Below, one piece after another: positions 26,865 through 34,151 of a stretch of DNA of 34,151 bases. The number at the start of each line of letters is the position of its first letter. Position 1 is the stretch's first letter. Where the stretch lies: the IMG/VR virus record IMGVR_UViG_3300020042_009544, positions 1 through 34,151 of that record; one strand, given 5' to 3'. The notes beneath the pieces were generated by a model. That model worked only from the letters and a program-made list of their open reading frames with translations. It ran no database searches and was not told the DNA's origin. The position numbers and the translations under genes are program-made. Source of the stretch: a virus (lineage: Duplodnaviria; Caudoviricetes).

Positions 26865-27950
26865 ATGGCTAAAAAGAAAGAATCTTTAATGACAGCGGTC
26901 TCTGCTGAAATGAAATCTAGTTTTAACCTAGATAAATTTAAAGAGAAAAAACTACTTAACACAACTGTTAAGTTTAAAGAACAGAGATGGATTCCATTTT
27001 CTGAAGCATTACAAGATTCAACTTCACTTCCAGGTGCAGCAATAGGACATATTAATCTTTTAAGAGGACACAGTAACACAGGTAAAACAACTGCGTTATT
27101 AGAACTAGCAATTAATGCCCAGAAAATGGGCATTTTGCCTGTGTTCATTATTACAGAGATGAAATGGTCTTGGGAACATGCTAAACAAATGGGTTTCCAA
27201 GTTGATGACATTGTTGATGAAGCAACAGGTGAAATTATAGACTATAAAGGATTTTTCCTATATACTGACAGAAGTTCATTAGGAACTATTGAAGATGTAG
27301 CAGAGTTTATAGCTGACTTGTTAGACGAACAAAAGAAAGGTAATTTACCTTATGACTTATGTTTCTTCTGGGATTCAATTGGTTCTATACCTTGTAAAAT
27401 GAGTGTTGAACAGAATAAAAACAATCCGATGTGGAATGCAGGTGCAGTATCACAACAGTTTGGTAATTTTATTAATCAACGTTTCCCATTATCAAGAAAA
27501 GAATCATCACCATACACAAATTCAATGGTAGCAGTTAACAAAATATGGATAGCACCAGCTGAAAATATGTTTGCTCAACCTAAAATGAAAATGAAAAATG
27601 GTGAGACAATGTTTTTAGATGCTTCTATTGTACTAACATTTGGTAATATTACTAATAGTGGTACAAGTAAATTAAAAGCAACTAAGGATGGTAAGGAAGT
27701 TGAATTTGCGGTTCGTACTAAAGTAGCAGTAGATAAAAATCACGTTACTGGATTACAAACTAAAAATACAGTTGTAGCTACAATTCACGGTTTTATTCAA
27801 GATGATAACAAAGATATTGCTGACTATAAAAAACAACATGCTCATGAATGGGTACATATTTTAGGTAGTATTGATGGTATTGGTCTTGCTGAGGATAAAT
27901 CAGAATGGGAAGAAAGTAAAGAAAATATTACATTAATTGACGAGGATTAA
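26865..27950 (+). CDS. uvsX: RecA/UvsX-like recombinase
   Basis: Walker A GHSNTGKT, ITE catalytic Glu, Walker B FFWDSIG, C-terminal DKNH. Confidence 0.85.
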   Translation: MAKKKESLMTAVSAEMKSSFNLDKFKEKKLLNTTVKFKEQRWIPFSEALQDSTSLPGAAIGHINLLRGHSNTGKTTALLELAINAQKMGILPVFIITEMKWSWEHAKQMGFQVDDIVDEATGEIIDYKGFFLYTDRSSLGTIEDVAEFIADLLDEQKKGNLPYDLCFFWDSIGSIPCKMSVEQNKNNPMWNAGAVSQQFGNFINQRFPLSRKESSPYTNSMVAVNKIWIAPAENMFAQPKMKMKNGETMFLDASIVLTFGNITNSGTSKLKATKDGKEVEFAVRTKVAVDKNHVTGLQTKNTVVATIHGFIQDDNKDIADYKKQHAHEWVHILGSIDGIGLAEDKSEWEESKENITLIDED

Positions 27951-27951
27951 A

Positions 27952-28998
27952 ATGGATAAAAAAGATTTATTTCGGTTATTAGATGACATTAAATCAGGAG
28001 ACGATGATGAAGTTACAGGTACATTTTCAAAACATGATAAAGTATTAATTATAGATGGTTTAAATCTATTTTTAAGAAACTTTGCAGTATTGAATTATGT
28101 TAACCAAAGCGGAGTTCATGTTGGTGGGTTAGGTGGTTTTTTAAGATCATTAAGTTTTCTAATTAACACAAATAAACCTACATCTGTGTATATTGTATTC
28201 GACGGAGTGGGTTCTTCTGTAAATAGGAAGAACTTACTCCCGGAGTACAAATCAGGTAGGAATCAAGCTCGAATGACTAATCATGATACATTTGATAACT
28301 TAGATGAAGAACATGAATCTAAAGTAAATCAAATTGCTCGCCTCATTCATTATTTAAGGTGTTTACCCGTTAATCTTATTATGCTTGATAAAGTCGAGGC
28401 AGATGACATCATAGCGTATTTATCCCGCTATATGGCAACTAAATACGACAGCAAATGTATAATTGTGTCAGCGGATAAAGATTTTTTACAATTAGTAGAT
28501 GATAATATAACAGTTTATAGTCCTATGGTTAAAGAGTATTACACTCCAAAACTAGTAAAGGAAAAATTTGGCCTCCCACCTCATAATTTTATATTATATA
28601 AGACATTAATGGGTGATAATTCAGATAAGATACCTGGAGTACAAGGATTAGGACCTAAAAAGTTATTTAAGTTGTTTCCTGAATTAGCAGAGAAAGAAAT
28701 GACTTTAGAAGAGGTTTTTGAAATAAGTGAGTCTAAATACAAAGACAATATTATTTATTCCAGGGTGGTTTTTAATAATGAGAGTATTAGGAACAATTAT
28801 TTGATTATGGATTTAGGTAATCCGTTACTAGATGAGGGTGAAAAGAAACATATTGAGAATATAGTTGAACAACCAATTGAAAAAACTAAAACAACTGAGT
28901 TTATTAAGTTATATAATGAAGATGGGTTACACCACACAATCAAAAATGTAGAGTATTGGATTAGAGACACATTCAAAGTTTTAAACAGTTTTAAATAA
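27952..28998 (+). CDS. 5'-3' exonuclease / flap endonuclease (Pol I N-terminal domain, T4 RNase H-like)
   Basis: LIIDGLN, VFDG, YKSGR, EADDIIA, SADKDFLQL, GDNSDKIPGVQGLGPK. ATG 27952, just after the uvsX stop, is preferred to the upstream alternative start. Confidence 0.93.
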   Translation: MDKKDLFRLLDDIKSGDDDEVTGTFSKHDKVLIIDGLNLFLRNFAVLNYVNQSGVHVGGLGGFLRSLSFLINTNKPTSVYIVFDGVGSSVNRKNLLPEYKSGRNQARMTNHDTFDNLDEEHESKVNQIARLIHYLRCLPVNLIMLDKVEADDIIAYLSRYMATKYDSKCIIVSADKDFLQLVDDNITVYSPMVKEYYTPKLVKEKFGLPPHNFILYKTLMGDNSDKIPGVQGLGPKKLFKLFPELAEKEMTLEEVFEISESKYKDNIIYSRVVFNNESIRNNYLIMDLGNPLLDEGEKKHIENIVEQPIEKTKTTEFIKLYNEDGLHHTIKNVEYWIRDTFKVLNSFK

Positions 28999-29007
28999 AT
29001 AAAAGTT

Positions 29008-30372
29008 ATGACACTTTCTACATTATCATCATATGGTATTCATTTCCAAACGAAAGTAATATCTTCCTTATTAACACATAAGGAATTTTTAGTCAACATA
29101 CATGACATTATAAGTGAGGAGTATTTTGACAACTCAGCTCATAAATGGGTCATAAGCGAAATCTTAAAATACTATGACAAATACCATACTACACCAAGTA
29201 TGGAAGTCTTGAAAGTACAAGTAAAGAAAATAGATAATGAAGTTCTACAATTATCAATTAAGGAACAGTTAAAAGAAGCATATAAAGCATCAGATGATGA
29301 TTTAGCTTATGTAGAGGAAGAGTTTTCTAATTTCTGTAAAAACCAACAATTAAAGAAAGCATTATTAACATCAGTAGATTTATTAAATGCTGGTGATTAT
29401 GATTCAATTAGAAATTTAGTTGATAATGCTTTAAAAGCTGGTGGTGATAAAAATTTAGGGTTAGAATATAGTAAAGATATTGAATCTCGATATAGAAAAG
29501 AATATAGAAATCCAATCGCTACACCTTGGGTTTTATTTAATGACTTATTACAAGGTGGTTTAGGTGAGGGCGACTTTGGGTTAATATTTGGTAACCCGGG
29601 AGGAGGTAAATCATGGGCATTAATTGCTTTAGGATCACATGCTGTTCAATTAGGTTTTAATGTAGTACATTATACTTTAGAGTTAGGTGAAGCATATGTT
29701 GGATTACGATATGATGCTTGTTTAACAGGAATACCTGTCAATAATATTACAGAATTTAAAGACCAAGTTGAAAAAGAAATAATAGAACTACCAGGTAATT
29801 TAGTTATTAAAGAATATTCACCTGGTAAAGCATCTATCTCAACAATAGAATCACATATTCAAAAATGTATTGACCAAGATTTTAAACCAGATCTAATTCT
29901 TATTGATTATGTAGACTTACTTCGATCAAAAAGAAACAATCGTGAGCGTAAGGATGAAATTGATGATATTTATCTCAGTACTAAAGGTCTTGCCCGTGAG
30001 TTAAAACTCCCTATATGGAGTGTATCTCAAGTTAATAGAGCAGGAGCTAAAGATGACATTATTGAGGGTGATAAGGCCGCAGGTAGCTATGACAAAGTCA
30101 TGATTACAGATGTGGCTATTTCTCTCTCACGTAAGAAAGAAGACAAAGTAGCAGGCACAGGTAGATTTCACTTTATGAAAAACAGATACGGAGGAGACGG
30201 TATGACATTTGGAGCAAAAATTGATACATCAACAGGTCGTTTTGAAATCTTTAATGACTACGATGATAATGAAGAATCATATACACCATCAAAACCAGTA
30301 AATAGTTTTAGTGAAATAAATAGCATAGATCGAGACATTCTTCAAAAGAAATTCTTCGAATTACAATCTTAA
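29008..30372 (+). CDS. Replicative DnaB-family (gp41-like) helicase
   Basis: Walker A GNPGGGKS, YTLEL, LIDYVDLL, SQVNR, KNRYG. Confidence 0.93.
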   Translation: MTLSTLSSYGIHFQTKVISSLLTHKEFLVNIHDIISEEYFDNSAHKWVISEILKYYDKYHTTPSMEVLKVQVKKIDNEVLQLSIKEQLKEAYKASDDDLAYVEEEFSNFCKNQQLKKALLTSVDLLNAGDYDSIRNLVDNALKAGGDKNLGLEYSKDIESRYRKEYRNPIATPWVLFNDLLQGGLGEGDFGLIFGNPGGGKSWALIALGSHAVQLGFNVVHYTLELGEAYVGLRYDACLTGIPVNNITEFKDQVEKEIIELPGNLVIKEYSPGKASISTIESHIQKCIDQDFKPDLILIDYVDLLRSKRNNRERKDEIDDIYLSTKGLARELKLPIWSVSQVNRAGAKDDIIEGDKAAGSYDKVMITDVAISLSRKKEDKVAGTGRFHFMKNRYGGDGMTFGAKIDTSTGRFEIFNDYDDNEESYTPSKPVNSFSEINSIDRDILQKKFFELQS

Positions 30373-30388
30373 CATTATATTAAAATAT

Positions 30389-31339
30389 ATGATTACTGAA
30401 ATAAGAAATTTTTATAAGCCGTTTGAGTACCAACAGGCGTTTGATTTTTATAAAGATCAACATCGTTCACATTGGTTAGCAGACGAAGTTCCATTAGCAT
30501 CAGATTTAGGTGACTGGAAAGGCAAATTAACAGAATCGGAGAAGAATTTAATTGGAAACATATTAAAGTCATTTGCTCAAACAGAGGTTCATGTAAACGA
30601 TTATTGGTCAACAAAAGTATCAATATGGTTTCCAAAACCTGAAATACAAGCAATGGCTCGTGTGTTTGCTGATTTTGAATCAATTCATGCTGAAGCCTAT
30701 GCTCGTTTGAATGAAGAATTAGGTTTAGATGATTTTCAAGCGTTTTTAGAGGATGAAACATCAAAAGCAAAAATTGAACGCTTAATTGAAACACCAGGTG
30801 AAACATTAGAGGAAAGAGCATTATCATTAGCTATATTCTCAGCGTTCACTGAAGGAGTAAATTTGTTTAGTTCATTTGCTATATTGATGAGTTTCCAATT
30901 AAGAAACTTAATGAAAGGAACAGGTCAGATTGTTGAATGGAGTGTTAGAGATGAATCATTACATTCTAAAGCAGGATGTTGGTTGTTTAGAACATTACTT
31001 AATGAACAACCTGAACTAGATAATGATAGATTAAGAGATGCAGTAATAGAAGCATGTCAAATAGCAGTACAATTAGAGTTTGATTTTATTGATAAAGCGT
31101 TTGAAATGGGAGATGTTGATGGATTAAATGTTAATCAACTAAAAAACTTCATTAAAGCACGAGCTAATGAGAAAATGGTAGAATTAGGTTATAAAGCAAT
31201 TTATAATGATATTGATCCAAACTTACTAAAACAAATTGAGTGGTTTGGTCATTTAACAAGCGGTAAAACGCATCAAGATTTCTTTGCAGGAAGAGTAACT
31301 AGTTACTCAAAGTCAACAGCAGATTGGGACGATTTATAA
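30389..31339 (+). CDS. nrdB: Class I ribonucleotide reductase beta subunit
   Basis: FAQTE, ESIHAEAY, TEGVNLFSSF, RDESLH, C-terminal DFF..RVTSY. Confidence 0.96.
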   Translation: MITEIRNFYKPFEYQQAFDFYKDQHRSHWLADEVPLASDLGDWKGKLTESEKNLIGNILKSFAQTEVHVNDYWSTKVSIWFPKPEIQAMARVFADFESIHAEAYARLNEELGLDDFQAFLEDETSKAKIERLIETPGETLEERALSLAIFSAFTEGVNLFSSFAILMSFQLRNLMKGTGQIVEWSVRDESLHSKAGCWLFRTLLNEQPELDNDRLRDAVIEACQIAVQLEFDFIDKAFEMGDVDGLNVNQLKNFIKARANEKMVELGYKAIYNDIDPNLLKQIEWFGHLTSGKTHQDFFAGRVTSYSKSTADWDDL

Positions 31340-31349
31340 AAAACAAAAA

Positions 31350-33074
31350 ATGAGTATACAAGTAGACACAGATGGATGGGTTAAGGGGAAGAACTACCCA
31401 AGTTGGATGGATGAGATTGCAGTTAGTATGATTTCAAAAGGTTATTTATTACCTGATGAAGATGTGTTTGACGCATATAAGAGAGTAACTAAATCAGCAG
31501 CACGCAGATTAAAACGTAAAGATTTACAACCATTCTTTTACGAGGCAATAGTTAAGAATTGGTTATGCTTAGCATCACCAGTATTATCAAATTTAGGTAC
31601 AGAACGTGGAATGCCAATTTCATGCTTTGGTATTGATGTTGGAGATAGTATTGAAGGTATTGCAGATGCTAACTCTGAATTAATGAGATTATCATCTCAA
31701 GGTGGAGGAGTAGGTATTGGTTTATCTCGCATTAGAGGCCGAGGTAAAGGAATTAAAGACAATGGTGTGTCTGAAGGTATTGTTCCATGGGCTAAAATTT
31801 ATGACTCAACTATTTTAGCTACCAACCAAGGCTCAGTTCGTAGAGGAGCAGCATCAGTTAACTTAAACATTAATCACCCAGATGTTGAGGAATTTTTACA
31901 AATTCGTAGACCAAAAGGTGATGTTAATCGCCAGTGTTTAAATTTACACCAGTGTGTTGTTATTGATGATCAGTTTATGACTGACCTAGACAATAAAGAA
32001 CCTAGAGCAATGAAGTTGTGGGGTGAGATTTTAAAAACACGTCTTGAAACAGGTGAGCCTTATATCATGTTTGAAGATAATGTTAATAATGCAAATCCTG
32101 AAGCATATAAGAAAAATAACTTAAATGTTTCAATGACTAACATTTGTTCTGAGATTTCATTATACACAGATGAATTACACTCATTCATTTGCTGTTTATC
32201 ATCTTTAAACTTAGCTCGTTGGGATGAATGGAAAGATTTTACATTTGAAAATGGGATGACATTACCTGAGTTAACTTGTTGGTTCTTAGAAGGTGTATTA
32301 CAAGAATTCATTGATAGAGCTAAAAATGTTAAGTTTATGGAAAACACAGTTCGTTCTGCTACTAAAGGTAGAGCAATTGGAATTGGTGTTTTAGGATGGC
32401 ATACATTTTTACAATCAAAGAATTTACCATTTGTAGGTATTCAAGCAACTGCTCATACAAGAATGATATCTGACTTTATTGAAAAAGGTGCTTTAAAAGC
32501 ATCTCGCGACCAAGCAGAATTATATGGTGAACCAGAATGGTGTAAAGGTACAGGTATGAGACATACTCATCACTTAGCAATTGCACCTACAGTATCTAAT
32601 GCTCACATTTCAGGAGGTGTATCACCTTCAATTGAACCTATTCCTGCTAACGTTTATAATTTAAAAACAGCAAAAGGTGTATTCATTAAGCGTAATAAAA
32701 TATTAGAGGAATTACTTGAAACTAAAGGATATAATATTGATAGTGTTTGGGAACAAATTCTAAAAGATCAAGGTTCAGTAATCAATGTTCCGTCTTATAT
32801 CTTAACAGATGAAGAAAAGGAAGTATTCTTAACATTTAAAGAAATCAACCAATTAGAAATTGTAAGACAAAATGGCGTTAGACAAGAATATGTAGACCAA
32901 GCTATCTCATTAAACTTATGCTTTGATCCAAATGATACTCCAAAGTGGATTAGTCAAGTACATAAAGAGGCTCATAAGTTAGGTATTAAAACATTATACT
33001 ACCTACGTACTGAATCAGTATTAAGAGGAGATAATTTACAACGTTTATCAGAATGTGTTTCTTGTGAGGGATAA
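31350..33074 (+). CDS. nrdA: Class I ribonucleotide reductase alpha subunit, without an ATP cone
   Basis: SPVLSN, ISCF, GGGVG, RRGA, TNICSEI, CCLSSLNL, IAPT, LYYLR and C-terminal CVSCEG; only 574 aa. Confidence 0.96.
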   Translation: MSIQVDTDGWVKGKNYPSWMDEIAVSMISKGYLLPDEDVFDAYKRVTKSAARRLKRKDLQPFFYEAIVKNWLCLASPVLSNLGTERGMPISCFGIDVGDSIEGIADANSELMRLSSQGGGVGIGLSRIRGRGKGIKDNGVSEGIVPWAKIYDSTILATNQGSVRRGAASVNLNINHPDVEEFLQIRRPKGDVNRQCLNLHQCVVIDDQFMTDLDNKEPRAMKLWGEILKTRLETGEPYIMFEDNVNNANPEAYKKNNLNVSMTNICSEISLYTDELHSFICCLSSLNLARWDEWKDFTFENGMTLPELTCWFLEGVLQEFIDRAKNVKFMENTVRSATKGRAIGIGVLGWHTFLQSKNLPFVGIQATAHTRMISDFIEKGALKASRDQAELYGEPEWCKGTGMRHTHHLAIAPTVSNAHISGGVSPSIEPIPANVYNLKTAKGVFIKRNKILEELLETKGYNIDSVWEQILKDQGSVINVPSYILTDEEKEVFLTFKEINQLEIVRQNGVRQEYVDQAISLNLCFDPNDTPKWISQVHKEAHKLGIKTLYYLRTESVLRGDNLQRLSECVSCEG

Positions 33075-33088
33075 TGGGTCTTTAATTT

Positions 33089-33126
33089 TTCCTATATATT
33101 TATAATAAAACACAATATGATAGGAA
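33089..33126 (+). promoter_or_regulatory. Late promoter motif (33096-33104) inside a hairpin that sequesters the endonuclease start codon
   Basis: TTCCTATATATT (33089-33100) pairs with AATAT-G-ATAGGAA (33114-33126): 12 bp with one bulged G, covering ATG 33117. Confidence 0.65.
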
Positions 33127-33740
33127 TTTATAAAATTACAAATCCTGAAGGTAAAGCATATATTGGTTTATCTAAAGAAATTGAAAAACGTCTTCAAAGT
33201 CATAAAGCATTACGATTTAAAAGAAATAACAAACTTAGAGAATCCTTAACTAAATACGGTTGGGATTCTCATTTTTGTGAAATTTTAGAAGAAATTGATA
33301 TTTTTAGTTTAAATAGAAATGAAGGAAATGCTTTACTCCGTAAACAAGAAAGATATTGGATAGATAAATTAAATACATTTCGTAATGGTTTAAATGAAAA
33401 TGGTGGAGGAAGTGGATGTGGATCTCACACCCCTGAATCTAAACAAAAAATATCTGAGGCGTTAAAAAACAAACCTAAACCTTTAGATTTTGGGACTAAA
33501 AGAAAAAAATGGCAACATACTGATGAGTTTAAAAGTAAAATAAAAGCTGCTCCTAGATGCCCTATATTAATGTTTGATTTAGAAGATAATTTTATTAAAG
33601 AATTTCCAACACAACAATCAGCAGCAGAATATCTTGGTGTTAAGAAAAATGCAATTTGGAATTTTTTAAATAGCCATCCTAATCCTAATGGAAAACCATT
33701 AACTCAAGTTAAAGGGCATAAATTTAGATATAAAATATGA
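33117..33740 (+). mobile_element. Free-standing GIY-YIG homing endonuclease (Seg-like)
   Basis: GIYKITN...AYIGLS, R...H, ERYWI, GLNE; NUMOD3-like HTPESKQKISEALK and HTDEFKSKIK; C-terminal NUMOD1/HTH-like IKEFPTQQSAAEYLGV. Confidence 0.92.
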
Positions 33741-33748
33741 TATGTATA
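33740..33748 (+). promoter_or_regulatory. Late promoter motif variant ATATGTATA
   Basis: One mismatch to the consensus, abuts the TGA stop, upstream of ATG 33769. Confidence 0.55.
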
Positions 33749-33768
33749 ATAAATAATTTTTAATAAAA

Positions 33769-34119
33769 ATGAAAGCATCACAATTTAAAAAGCTAATCCG
33801 CGAAGAAGTCAAAGGAGCTTTGAGCGAGGTATATACCGGTAACTTAGAAACTAGAGTAATTGATCTATACGCAAACGATGGTATAAGAACACAGTACGAT
33901 GATTCTATGATTCAAAAGTTTGGACAGGATGTAGTAGACAAAGCTGTAGAAATGGCACCAAAGCTGCTTGCATACGAGACTAAGCTTAAAGGGATCATTC
34001 AACAACTTGAGAAAAGTCCAGAGGTGGAAATGCTAACAAAGATACTACAAGCAGGACCTGGGATACGAGGTTTCGCAACTAGTCCCTTAGGAGCTCTAAT
34101 TAATAAACACACCCAGTAA
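33769..34119 (+). CDS. Hypothetical protein with MKxSx(F/L)KxxI N-terminal motif
   Basis: 116 aa starting MKASQFKKLIREEV. Confidence 0.75.
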   Translation: MKASQFKKLIREEVKGALSEVYTGNLETRVIDLYANDGIRTQYDDSMIQKFGQDVVDKAVEMAPKLLAYETKLKGIIQQLEKSPEVEMLTKILQAGPGIRGFATSPLGALINKHTQ

Positions 34120-34151
34120 ATGAAATTATCACAACTTAAACAAATCATCAA
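34120..34151 (+). CDS. Start of the next ORF (MKLSQLKQII...), truncated by the window end
   Basis: ATG immediately after the TAA at 34117-34119; same N-terminal motif as the preceding gene. Confidence 0.6.
   Translation, partial: MKLSQLKQII

Noticed and set aside
1118-32347. All minus-strand ORFs in the track (e.g. 1361-1777, 3407-3691, 11642-12139, 26861-27211, 30393-30827, 32060-32347)
   Set aside because: Each lies largely or entirely antisense to a well-supported + strand gene and has no recognisable motifs; they are shadow ORFs.
29008-33074. Introns or inteins in the helicase, nrdB or nrdA
   Set aside because: All three ORFs are continuous, normal or short in length, and show no splicing motifs.

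Overview
A 34 kb, strongly AT-rich, gene-dense fragment of a large contractile-tailed (myovirus, distantly T4-like) phage. All credible genes are on the + strand. Positions 1-24129 are a virion morphogenesis module: tail-fibre-like gene, neck and tail-completion genes, sheath, tube, a 718-aa tandem-repeat protein, a tail chaperone pair with a probable T7-run frameshift, tape measure, baseplate genes including a hub fused to an M15 peptidase, and a cluster of repeat-rich fibre/adhesin genes. Positions 24167-33074 are a replication and nucleotide module: a frameshift-split, thumb-less and motif-altered family-A polymerase-like gene, a hypothetical gene, gp32-like SSB, UvsX/RecA, 5'-3' exonuclease, DnaB-like helicase, NrdB and NrdA. 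A free-standing GIY-YIG endonuclease and two small ORFs sharing an N-terminal motif end the window. Two promoter-like motif classes sort by module: ATATTTATA before structural genes and AACTTGGCY-N17-TATATTA before replication genes. A-rich starts without Shine-Dalgarno sequences and the RNR type suggest, but do not prove, a Bacteroidota host. All family calls come from motif recognition by eye; no searches were run.
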